Below, piece after piece: positions 29,103 to 37,975 of a stretch of 64,000 bases of DNA. The translations under genes and the position numbers were made by a program. Positions within the stretch are counted from its first letter, which is position 1. Every line of letters starts with the position of its first letter. The DNA lies in contig CAXXLV010000002.1 in NCBI GenBank assembly GCA_963664305.2, positions 192,001 to 256,000 on the forward strand, given 5' to 3'. The notes under the pieces were generated by a model that was not told where the DNA came from, made no database searches, and worked only from the letters and a program-made list of their open reading frames with translations. Source of the stretch: an uncultured Aliarcobacter sp. (lineage in GTDB: Bacteria; Campylobacterota; Campylobacteria; Campylobacterales; Arcobacteraceae).

Positions 29103-30932
29103 CTACAAGAAAATTCTTTTCGTTTCTACTTTTTTGATATCGGCAAAATTATCTAAATAATCCAAATAAGTAATTAAATATTTTCTACTTAAATCAAATT
29201 TATCTTTAAAATTTGAAAGTTCTATAAAACCTTCCTCTTTTATAATATCTTTCATAACTTTTACAATTTTATTTAAGCTTTCAAAATGTATAAAAAGATT
29301 GTGTTGTAGTCTAATAACTTGTTTTTTTGAAGTAAGTGATTTTAGTATATCATCGCCAACTTTTCTATCAATATCTAAATCATCATAAATATTATAAGGT
29401 GCAGTTGGAGTTATATCTTCGTCTTTTAATCTTTGTAAAATAATATTTTCTAAATCTTTAATAAAATCTTCTTCTATATTTGCATTTTTGTATAATGATA
29501 CATCTCTTATTAAAAATCCTTCATTTTCAAGTTCATCAAGAGCTAGTTGAATAAATGCTGTGCTTGCCCATTTTAATCTAAGATTTATAGAAGCATTTGA
29601 AAGTAGGGCATATGAATTTTTTGTATAAATCTCTTTTATAAAATCTTTTATTTCATTTTTTGTGTAAAGTGGATAAATAACAAGCTCTTTTTCATCAACA
29701 AAAACATTTTGCATATTTCTTGCAAAATTAATAGCTTCATCATGAGATAAAGCAAATCTTTGAGTTGAAGAGATAATTCCTAAACCTTTTTTGTGGGCTT
29801 CCAAAAGTTCATTGTATGCTGCTATAAAATCTTTTTTATGTAAAGCTTCTAACAATCTTTTCTTTTGATTTTTTTTCATTGGGTCAATTACTGGATTTAA
29901 AATAACTCCACCACAAATAGTTTCATTTCCATTTCTTAGGATTACTTTTTCTCCAAAAACTGTATAAAGTGGTTCATCAGCTTTTAATGTTGCATAACCT
30001 TCTTCAAGGCTTGTTATACAATCAAAAAGTAAAACTTTTAAATCAATTTTTTTTGCTCCAACAAATAGTGTATAAGTTTGGTTATGATTTAGTTTTTTGT
30101 TTTTTAAACATTTAAAAGAGATATCAATTCCATCAAATCCTCTAATATGTCCTTTTTTTGTGATTAAATCACCTTTTTTTAAAGAGTTAATATTTATATT
30201 TTGAAGATTTAAAGCAGCTCTATTTGAAATATTTGCTTCTAAAACATTAAGATTATGAACTTGAATATTTTTTATTCTTGTCTCTTTTTGGCTTTGGCAA
30301 ATAAAAAGTTTTTCATCTATTTCACATTTTTTTCCTAAAACAGTTCCTGTTACAACTGTTCCAATACCTTTTGGTGAAAAAATTCTATCAACATAAAATC
30401 TAAAAAAGTTTTCTTCTTGTTTTGTACTATTTTTGATGCTAAAAAGTTGAGTTTTTAATTTTTCAATAGAGTTTTCATCATAAATAGATACACAACTAAT
30501 GAATTTAACATCAAAATCAAATCCTTTTAAAAATTCTAAAATCTCTTCTTTTTTTAACTCTAATTCATCAGTTGTAACTAAATCTTTTTTTGTAATAACA
30601 ACTATAATTTCTTTTAATCCTAAAAGATTTATGATTTCTATGTGTTCAATAGTTTGCGGTTTTATTCCTTCATTTGCACTAATAACAAGCATTACATAAT
30701 CAAATCCAAAAGCACCTGCAATCATGTTTTTTACAAGTTTTTCATGTCCTGGTACATCAATAAAAGCTATGTTTTGTTGACCTTGAGTTAGATTTGAAAA
30801 AGATAAATCAATAGTTATACCTCTTTGTTTTTCTTCATTAGTTGTATCTCCCTCAAAACCATTTAATGCACGAATAAGTGCTGTTTTTCCATGGTCAATG
30901 TGACCTGCTGTTCCTATAATAATATTCGACAT
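29103..30932 (-). CDS. selB: Selenocysteine-specific elongation factor SelB
   Basis: GTAGHIDHGKT, RGITIDL, DVPGHE, TKKD; C-terminal winged helix LSRKYLITYLDYLD. Confidence 0.95.
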   Translation of the reverse strand: MSNIIIGTAGHIDHGKTALIRALNGFEGDTTNEEKQRGITIDLSFSNLTQGQQNIAFIDVPGHEKLVKNMIAGAFGFDYVMLVISANEGIKPQTIEHIEIINLLGLKEIIVVITKKDLVTTDELELKKEEILEFLKGFDFDVKFISCVSIYDENSIEKLKTQLFSIKNSTKQEENFFRFYVDRIFSPKGIGTVVTGTVLGKKCEIDEKLFICQSQKETRIKNIQVHNLNVLEANISNRAALNLQNININSLKKGDLITKKGHIRGFDGIDISFKCLKNKKLNHNQTYTLFVGAKKIDLKVLLFDCITSLEEGYATLKADEPLYTVFGEKVILRNGNETICGGVILNPVIDPMKKNQKKRLLEALHKKDFIAAYNELLEAHKKGLGIISSTQRFALSHDEAINFARNMQNVFVDEKELVIYPLYTKNEIKDFIKEIYTKNSYALLSNASINLRLKWASTAFIQLALDELENEGFLIRDVSLYKNANIEEDFIKDLENIILQRLKDEDITPTAPYNIYDDLDIDRKVGDDILKSLTSKKQVIRLQHNLFIHFESLNKIVKVMKDIIKEEGFIELSNFKDKFDLSRKYLITYLDYLDNFADIKKVETKRIFL

Positions 30933-32287
30933 TAGTTACACTTTCTAAATAAATTTTTTAAAATAATTTCAATTTTTTCTATCTCATCTTCTAAAATAGT
31001 TCTAAAATCAAGTAAGACTTTCTCATTTTCAATTCTTGTGATTAAGTTGTTTTTTCTTAGAAGTTCTTCTATTTTGTTTGCTTTATAATTCTCAATTTCT
31101 AAAGATAAGGCAATTGATGGGATTTTTTTATTTGGAGTTGTTCCTCCTCCAATCATTGTTTGAGTTTTTATAACTTCACAATGACAAATATCTTTTAATC
31201 TCTCTTTTAAGCTAGTTGCTCTTTCTTCTAAAGTTTCTAAAGTAGTGTGAAGCATCTTTAAAGTAGGGATGTTTTCTAATTCATTTTTTAAATAAGAGTT
31301 TATTGTATCTTCTAAAAGAGCTAAAGTAATTTTATCAACTCTAAGCATTCTTAAAAGTTGATTTTTTTTAATTTTATCTATTAACTCTTTTTTCCCAATA
31401 ATTATTCCAGCTTGAACACTTCCTAAAAGTTTATCTCCTGAAAAACTCAATAGACTTGGATTATATTTCATAATTTTTAAAATAGATGGTTCATTTGCAT
31501 TTAGATTAAAAGGTAAATCAATCATATGACCACTTCCCATATCATAGTAGTCTATTAGATTATTATCATGTGCTACTTTTACAATCTCTTCAAAATCAAC
31601 TTCACTAGAAAATCCTTCAATTGAGTAGTTTGACTTATGAACTTTCATCAGCATTGAAGTTTTTTCATTTACCGCATTTTCATAATCTCTTAAATGCGTT
31701 TTATTTGTAGTTCCAATCTCTTTTAATATCGCACCACTTTGAGCCATCACTTCTGGAACTCTAAAACTACCACCAATCTCTACAAGCTCACCTCGACTTA
31801 CTACCACTTCCTTATCTTTACAAAATGTGTTTAAAATAAGAAATACTGCACTTGCATTATTGTTGACAACAAGAGCATCTTCACAACCTGTTAGAGCTTT
31901 TAAAGCTTTTGATATGTGTTCATATCTTTCGCCTCTTTTACCTTCTTTTAGGTTATATTCTAAGTTATTATAAGAAGTAGCTATTGTTATAGCTTTTTCT
32001 AGTGATTTTTTATCAAGCAAACTTCTACCTAAATTTGTATGAACAATAATACCTGTTGCATTGATAACATTTTTTAAAGATGGAGTTGTTAACTCTTCAT
32101 ATTTTTGTAAAACTTCATCTACTAAATTGTTTTCATCTATTTCTTTTATTTTTTCATTTAATATATTATTTCTTAGATTTTCAATGACTTCTTTTGTAAG
32201 TTTAGTAACTAAAGTTTTTGATAATCCTTCGAAAGCCTTGTGTGTGATAAACCTATCAACCTTTGGAATGGATTTAAGTAAAATCAT
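30932..32287 (-). CDS. selA: L-seryl-tRNA(Sec) selenium transferase SelA
   Basis: VINATGIIVHTNLGR, SRGELVEIGGSFRVPEV, FSGDKLLG, RVDK. Confidence 0.95.
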   Translation of the reverse strand: MILLKSIPKVDRFITHKAFEGLSKTLVTKLTKEVIENLRNNILNEKIKEIDENNLVDEVLQKYEELTTPSLKNVINATGIIVHTNLGRSLLDKKSLEKAITIATSYNNLEYNLKEGKRGERYEHISKALKALTGCEDALVVNNNASAVFLILNTFCKDKEVVVSRGELVEIGGSFRVPEVMAQSGAILKEIGTTNKTHLRDYENAVNEKTSMLMKVHKSNYSIEGFSSEVDFEEIVKVAHDNNLIDYYDMGSGHMIDLPFNLNANEPSILKIMKYNPSLLSFSGDKLLGSVQAGIIIGKKELIDKIKKNQLLRMLRVDKITLALLEDTINSYLKNELENIPTLKMLHTTLETLEERATSLKERLKDICHCEVIKTQTMIGGGTTPNKKIPSIALSLEIENYKANKIEELLRKNNLITRIENEKVLLDFRTILEDEIEKIEIILKNLFRKCN

Positions 32288-32344
32288 TTTTACCCTTTCA
32301 GACGTTTTTAAAATTTTTTAATGTAATATTTCTTTTCTTTAAAT

Positions 32345-32443
32345 GGGAGATAAGTGTACCTGGTGGGCACCACAGGCTTCAACCCTGATTGACGGTTTTT
32401 GTGTAAACGCCGTGGGAGGTTCGATTCCTTCATCTTCTCGCCA
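32345..32443 (+). tRNA. selC: tRNA-Sec (TCA)
   Basis: 99 nt; CAGG-CTTCAAC-CCTG anticodon arm, long variable arm, GGAGG-TTCGATT-CCTTC T arm, 3' GCCA; adjacent to selA. Confidence 0.92.
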
Positions 32444-32493
32444 TTTTAGATTGAAAAGATTATATCTTAAACTTATTCATCTATACCTTAAAA

Positions 32494-32540
32494 GGTAAAT
32501 TATAATTTACCAATAAAACCCCACTTTTTACCCACTTTTG
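32494..32540. repeat. Perfect 18-bp palindrome followed by a tandem CCCACTTTT direct repeat
   Basis: GGTAAATTATAATTTACC at 32494-32511; CCCACTTTT at 32520-32528 and 32531-32539. Confidence 0.7.
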
Positions 32541-32582
32541 AATATTAGAATTTATTAATAGATAGTATAAGGAATTTATTTT

Positions 32583-32909
32583 ATGGAAAAATTATTTGTA
32601 TATGGAACTTTAGCTCCAAATAAAACAAATGAACATATTTTAAAAGATTTAGAAGGAACTTGGGAATATTCAACTGTAAAAGGCAATCTATTAAAAGAAG
32701 GATGGGCTTCTGATATGGGCTATCCAGGAATTGTTTTAGATGAAAAAGGAAAGAATATCCAAGGTTTAGTATTTTCATCAACTCAATTAAATGAAAAATG
32801 GGATTTCTTAGATAACTTTGAAGGTAAAGAGTATAAAAGAGTTTTAACAAAAGCTAAACTTTTGACAGGTGAAGAAATAGAAGCTTATGTATATGCTTTA
32901 AATAAATAG
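32583..32909 (+). CDS. Gamma-glutamylcyclotransferase (AIG2/YtfP-like)
   Basis: LFVYGTL, GYPG, LDNFEG, YKRV, AYVY. Confidence 0.88.
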   Translation: MEKLFVYGTLAPNKTNEHILKDLEGTWEYSTVKGNLLKEGWASDMGYPGIVLDEKGKNIQGLVFSSTQLNEKWDFLDNFEGKEYKRVLTKAKLLTGEEIEAYVYALNK

Positions 32910-32982
32910 ATTTTTTTAAATAAATTAAATGGTATGATTACAAAATAAAAACTAAAAATTATCTTTGTATAAAAGGAAAATA

Positions 32983-33435
32983 ATGAAAAAAATAGTTTTA
33001 GGTGTTATGGTTTTAGTAATTATTCTGGGAAGTGCCGTTTATTTAGATAAAGCTAAAAGTGTAGTGACAACTGAAAAAACTGAAAAAAGTGAGCAAGTAG
33101 AAAATAAAGAGATTAAATCAAATTTTGAAATTACAGAAGAAAAAGCCTTAAAAGGTGATGCTCAAGCTCAAAATGATTTAGGAAATATGTATGCGAATGG
33201 TACTGAAGTTGAACAATCTTATCAAGAAGCATTAAAACTATTTGAATCAGCAGCAAAAAAAGGTTATGCTCAAGCACAATTCAATCTTGGAACAATGTAT
33301 CAAAATGCAATTGGTGTTGATCAAGATTTTGAAAAAGCAGCAAAATACTACAAACTTGCAGCTTCTCAAGGACATGTAGAAGCAAAAGAGAATCTTCAAG
33401 TAATTTGTGAAGAAAATCCAGAACTTTGTAAATAA
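32983..33435 (+). CDS. Sel1-repeat protein, exported or membrane-anchored
   Basis: AQNDLGNMYANGxxV and AQFNLGTMYQNAIGV repeats; N-terminal hydrophobic segment. Confidence 0.85.
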   Translation: MKKIVLGVMVLVIILGSAVYLDKAKSVVTTEKTEKSEQVENKEIKSNFEITEEKALKGDAQAQNDLGNMYANGTEVEQSYQEALKLFESAAKKGYAQAQFNLGTMYQNAIGVDQDFEKAAKYYKLAASQGHVEAKENLQVICEENPELCK

Positions 33436-33457
33436 GAAAGAGTTTTAACTCTTTCTT
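33434..33457. terminator. Bidirectional intrinsic terminator between convergent genes
   Basis: AAGAAAGAGTT-TT-AACTCTTTCTT inverted repeat. Confidence 0.6.
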
Positions 33458-34495
33458 TTAATGTACAATTATTGGAGTAATTCCTCTTGGAATTACATGA
33501 CCTATTATACTCGCATAACCAAAACTTAACTCTTCAAGTTCTTTTATATACTCTTTTGCATCTTCTTCTTTCATAGCTATTAATAAACCACCAGAAGTTT
33601 GTGCATCACAAAGTATTGCTTTACAATGACTTTGAAGATTATTTAAATATGTGATTTTATCATCTACATATTTCATATTTCTTTTTGTTCCACCTGGAAT
33701 TACATCATCATTTGCTAAATCAATTGCTTCTGTAACTACTGGTACACTATTACAAGAAATTGAAAAAGATACTAAATCATTTACACACTCTAAAGCATGT
33801 CCTAAAAGACCAAAACCTGTAATATCAGTACATGAACTTATCTCATATTTTCTCATTATTTTCGATGGTAAATAGTTCAAACTTGACATTATTTTCGCAC
33901 AATCTTTTATAAGATTTATTGGTAATAAATCTCTTTTTATAGCAGTTGTTAATATACCCATTCCAATAGGTTTAGTTAAAACTAAAACATGACCAATTTT
34001 TGGTGTATTATTTCTAACTATTTTATCTGGATGAATCATACCCGTAACTGATAATCCATAGTACATTTCTGGAGATTCTATAGTATGTCCACCTAATAAA
34101 ACTCCTCCACACTCTTTGATTTTTTCATTTCCACCATTTAATATAAGACCTAAAGCTTCTTTAGATATATTTTTTTTATCAAATCCAACTATATTCATGG
34201 CAGTTTTTACATCAGCTCCCATTGCAAATACATCACTAAGTGCATTTGCAGCAGCTATTTGTCCATAAACATATGGATCATCAACAACTGGTGTAATAAA
34301 ATCAAGTGTTTGTACTATTGCTTGAGAATCATTTATTTGATATACACTTGCATCTTCACTTGTATCAAATCCTACTAAAATTTTTTCATCCTCTGGCGTT
34401 AAGTGGCAAATTGTTTGTTTGAGATCCCCCGGACCCATCTTTGCAGCTCAACCAGCAGCTTGAACAAATTTAGTTAATTTATATTCATTGTTCAT
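33458..34495 (-). CDS. selD: Selenide, water dikinase SelD, itself a selenoprotein (Sec at codon 16, TGA at 34448-34450)
   Basis: MNNEYKLTKFVQAAG-U-AAKMGPG; EDASVY, DFITPVVDDP, GGHT, TDITGFGLLGH, DAQTSGGLL; AAGGA RBS. Confidence 0.93.
34421..34447 (-). promoter_or_regulatory. Candidate SECIS hairpin of selD
   Basis: GC-rich GGGUCC-GGG-GGAUCU hairpin about 11-26 nt 3' of the UGA in an otherwise AT-rich gene. Confidence 0.55.
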
Positions 34496-34732
34496 AAAAA
34501 TTTATCCTTGCATTATATTGCAAAATTTAAGTAAGTATTATACTTAAGTATATTTAAAAATTAAGTTAAAAATAAGTAAATTTTTTTTTACTATTTAAGT
34601 GATGGTTTATAATTTATATATTAAAATTAGGCAAATTTAGTTCAAGACCATAGGTTATGGTTTGACGTAAAGAGAGCTATTACTTTCTTTATCTCTTAAT
34701 AGAACGCAAAAACTATTAGAGGTTATTCTAGC

Positions 34733-35827
34733 ATGAAAAGAAGAACATTTTTAAAAACAACAGCTGCATTATCAGGTGCTGTAATTTTATCTCCAAATAT
34801 TGCATTTGCTCAAGAAGAGACAAATCCATTTGGTATTACAAGTAAACCAAGAAAATTTTCATTTGTAAATAGTTATGATATCCCTTCAAGTGAAGAAGTA
34901 ACACAATTATGGATACCACTTCCAAAAGATGAAAGTTATCATAAAGTTGTAGATTTTGCCTATAAAGGTAATTTTGACGAAGCTAAAGTTGTTAAAAATG
35001 AGTATAACACGAGAGTTCTATATGTAAAATGGAATAAAAGTGATAAAAAAAAGGAATTAGAAGTTAATTTTGATGTAATCATGCAACAAAGAACAACAGA
35101 TTTTTCTAAAGCAACAGCAAGTACAGATTATCCAGATGAAGCATTGATTTATTTAAAAGGTACAGAACATATTCCTGTAACTTCAAATTTGCAAGCATAT
35201 GCAAAAAATATTACAAAAGATTCAAAAACACCATTAGAAAAAGCACAAGCTATTTATGATTGGACAGTTACAACAATGTATAGAGATGATAGTGTAAAAG
35301 GTTGTGGAATTGGTGATGCTAAAAAATCTTTAGAAGAAAAAATCTATGGTGGAAAATGTACAGATATTAGTTCAGTATTTGTATGTTTATTAAGAAACTC
35401 AGGAATTCCAGCTCGTGAAATTTTTGGAATTAGAGCAGGGCAATCTAAAATCTCAAATGCTTGTGGAAAAGCAAATGAAACTGGATTTGCAAATATGACT
35501 GGTGGACAACACTGTAGAGCGGAGTTTTATGTAGACGGTTTAGGTTGGGTTCCAGCAGATCCAGCTGATGTTACAAAAGTAAGACTTGCAGAAAAATTAA
35601 CAAATGAAGACCAAAAAATTAAAGATGTAAAAAAATATTTCTTTGGTTCATGGGAAATGAATTGGGTTGCATTTAATAGTGCAAGAGATTTTATCTTAAC
35701 TCCAAAACCAACACAATTTCCATTAAATATGTTAGGTTATCCTTATGCTGAAGTTGGTGAAGATGCTTTAGATTATTATGATGCAAAGAAATTTGCATAT
35801 ACATACTCTTCTCAAGAAAGAGCATGA
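34733..35827 (+). CDS. Tat-exported transglutaminase-like domain protein
   Basis: MKRRTFLK...AFA signal; GGKCTD (Cys), QHCRAEFY (His), GWVPADPAD (Asp). Confidence 0.85.
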   Translation: MKRRTFLKTTAALSGAVILSPNIAFAQEETNPFGITSKPRKFSFVNSYDIPSSEEVTQLWIPLPKDESYHKVVDFAYKGNFDEAKVVKNEYNTRVLYVKWNKSDKKKELEVNFDVIMQQRTTDFSKATASTDYPDEALIYLKGTEHIPVTSNLQAYAKNITKDSKTPLEKAQAIYDWTVTTMYRDDSVKGCGIGDAKKSLEEKIYGGKCTDISSVFVCLLRNSGIPAREIFGIRAGQSKISNACGKANETGFANMTGGQHCRAEFYVDGLGWVPADPADVTKVRLAEKLTNEDQKIKDVKKYFFGSWEMNWVAFNSARDFILTPKPTQFPLNMLGYPYAEVGEDALDYYDAKKFAYTYSSQERA

Positions 35828-36150
35828 CTAAAAGTTTATTTCCAATAATAGGTGCAGTTTTAACTGCACTATTATCAACAGTATGCTGTTTGCCAGCTTT
35901 TTTATTTCTTTTTTTTGGAATATCAAGTGGAGTTTTAACATACTTTACAACGTTAGAATATACTAGAATTCCCCTTGCTATTCTAACTATAGTATTATTT
36001 GTTTTTGCCTTTAAAAATTTGAAAAAGAAAATATCTTGTCAATGTTCAAAAAAAGAGATTTTTAAACAATATTTTGTTTTTTCTTTATTTTTTATATTGA
36101 TAGTTAGTTTACTTTTTTATCCTGAATTTATATCTTATTTTATGGATTAG
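35824..36150 (+). CDS. MerT-like three-TM metal transporter
   Basis: STVCCLP vicinal Cys pair in TM1; CQC in the loop; three hydrophobic segments. Confidence 0.75.
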   Translation: MTKSLFPIIGAVLTALLSTVCCLPAFLFLFFGISSGVLTYFTTLEYTRIPLAILTIVLFVFAFKNLKKKISCQCSKKEIFKQYFVFSLFFILIVSLLFYPEFISYFMD

Positions 36151-36153
36151 ATT

Positions 36154-36432
36154 ATGAAAATAGTTGTTTTATTTTTTTTATTAGTTTGTTCTAGTTTTGC
36201 CTCAAAAATTTCAGTTATCAAAGTAGAAAGAATGCATTGTCCTTTATGTACAACAGCTGTTAAAAAGGCCATAAAAGAGCTTGATGGAATAGAAAAAGTA
36301 AGTGCAATATTAAATACAAAAGAAGTAACTGTTATTTATGATGAAAAAGTAAAAATGGAAGATTTATTAAAAGCCATAAAAACAACTTCTTATGAAGGTG
36401 TTGAAATCTCAACTAAAGAGAGTTCTAATTAA
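36154..36432 (+). CDS. MerP-like periplasmic heavy-metal-associated (HMA) protein
   Basis: Signal peptide (SFA); MHCPLC motif. Confidence 0.82.
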   Translation: MKIVVLFFLLVCSSFASKISVIKVERMHCPLCTTAVKKAIKELDGIEKVSAILNTKEVTVIYDEKVKMEDLLKAIKTTSYEGVEISTKESSN

Positions 36433-37300
36433 AAAACTCTTTTAGTTTTTGGCTTACTTCATTTGGTTTTTCTTCTGGTAAAAAATGCCCACAATCTAAA
36501 GCTTCTCCACTTACATCAAAAGCATACTCTTTCCAAACATTTAAAACATCATAAGTTCTATTTACAAAACCTTTTTCTCCCCATAATACAAGTAAAGGAG
36601 TAGATATTTTTCTATTTCTATCTTTTTCATCATCACTCATATCAATTGAAGCACCAGCTCTATAATCTTCGCAAGTTGCATGAATAGAGTCTTTATCAAA
36701 ACATCTTACATATTCTTCAATTGCTTCTTTATCAAAAATAGAACCTTTTGCACTCCATCTTTTTAGTTTTTCTTCTAAATAGTATCTTGGATTATTGCCA
36801 ATCATTGTTTCAGGTAAAAAATCAGGTTGTATTAAAAAAAACCAATGATAATAACCAGTTGCAAAAGCTTGGTTTGTATTTTTAAACATATGATAAGTTG
36901 GAGTAATATCCATAACACAAGCTTTTAAGATATTGTTTGGATAATCTAAACACATCCTATGAGTTACCCTTGCACCTCTATCGTGACCTGCTACAAAAAA
37001 TTTATCAAAGCCTAATTTTTGCATAAGAGTAATCATATCTTTTGCCATAGATTTTTTTGAATAAAGTATATGATTTTCATCACCTTTGGGTTTAGAACTA
37101 TCCCCATAACCTCTTAAATCAGGACAAATAATATAATATTTTTTAGATAGGTCTTTTACAACATTATGCCACATAATATGTGTTTGAGGATAACCATGTA
37201 TTAGTAATAAAGGCTTACCTTCTCCTCCATGAGTTACATTTATAAAAATATCATCTTCAACTAAAATTTTTTCATTTTTAAACTCTTTTGGAAAAAGCAT
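36425..37300 (-). CDS. Alpha/beta hydrolase, haloacetate (fluoroacetate) dehalogenase-like
   Basis: HGYPQ, DLRGYG, GHDRGAR, YYHWFF, CEDYRA, GHFLPEE. Confidence 0.8.
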   Translation of the reverse strand: MLFPKEFKNEKILVEDDIFINVTHGGEGKPLLLIHGYPQTHIMWHNVVKDLSKKYYIICPDLRGYGDSSKPKGDENHILYSKKSMAKDMITLMQKLGFDKFFVAGHDRGARVTHRMCLDYPNNILKACVMDITPTYHMFKNTNQAFATGYYHWFFLIQPDFLPETMIGNNPRYYLEEKLKRWSAKGSIFDKEAIEEYVRCFDKDSIHATCEDYRAGASIDMSDDEKDRNRKISTPLLVLWGEKGFVNRTYDVLNVWKEYAFDVSGEALDCGHFLPEEKPNEVSQKLKEFFN

Positions 37301-37309
37301 AATTATCCT

Positions 37310-37975
37310 TTAAATATTTTCTAAAGCACTCTCATTAAATCTATAAGTTTTGTGTTGAACTTTTACTAAGATGTTTTTTTCTGCTAAATCTTTAAATAGT
37401 TTGATTAATGTTGGTTTTGAAATGGAAAACTTTTCCATAATATCTGTATAAGAAGCAACAAATAGATTTTCATTATCTAAACTATTAATTATAAATTTTA
37501 CAATTTCAACTTGTTTACTATCAGTAATTGCAGAGATTGTTTTTATAACATTGTTATTTTTTCTAATCTCTTTTTCTTGAATAATTGGAAGTAACACTTC
37601 ATGTAAAGTATTTAATAACTCTTTCAAATTTATAGGTTTTACAATATAGTTTTCAACCTTTAATTTGATAGCTTCAAGTAGATAGTTTGTATCTGTGTGG
37701 GCTGTTGTAAGTATTGTTGGAATATTGATATTTTTATTTTTAATGTGCTTTAAAAAATCTATCCCATTTTCATCTTTTAGTAAAATATCAGAAATAATTA
37801 CATCAACTTTTTTATTTAATAAAACATCAAGAGCTTCTTTAGAAGTTTTTACAGCATAAATATTGTTTACAAAATCTTCTAATACATCACTCGTATGTTT
37901 TAATAAACTTTCATCATCTTCAAGATATAAAACATTAAAGTTGTGTAAAATATTCAAATCTTTATTTATCATCAT
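37310..37975 (-). CDS. Response regulator with C-terminal winged HTH
   Basis: LYLEDD, ISDILL, VKP; SYTDIMEKFSISKPTLIKLFKDL. Confidence 0.82.
   Translation of the reverse strand: MMINKDLNILHNFNVLYLEDDESLLKHTSDVLEDFVNNIYAVKTSKEALDVLLNKKVDVIISDILLKDENGIDFLKHIKNKNINIPTILTTAHTDTNYLLEAIKLKVENYIVKPINLKELLNTLHEVLLPIIQEKEIRKNNNVIKTISAITDSKQVEIVKFIINSLDNENLFVASYTDIMEKFSISKPTLIKLFKDLAEKNILVKVQHKTYRFNESALENI

Noticed and set aside
32410..34495. Intact selC-integrated island with attR
   Set aside because: No integrase and no duplicated tRNA 3' end were seen.
34628..34732. c-di-GMP-I riboswitch, suggested by GGCAAA ... GACGTAAAG / ACGCAAAA
   Set aside because: No GNRA-capped P2, no receptor, and no closing P1 strand.
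32583..35827. Functional link between GGCT, the transglutaminase and pxpBC via 5-oxoproline
   Set aside because: Chemically plausible, but the genes are in separate units and compartments; nothing in the sequence ties them together.
35824..36432. Mercury-resistance (mer) operon or transposon
   Set aside because: No merA, merR, transposase or terminal repeats in the window.
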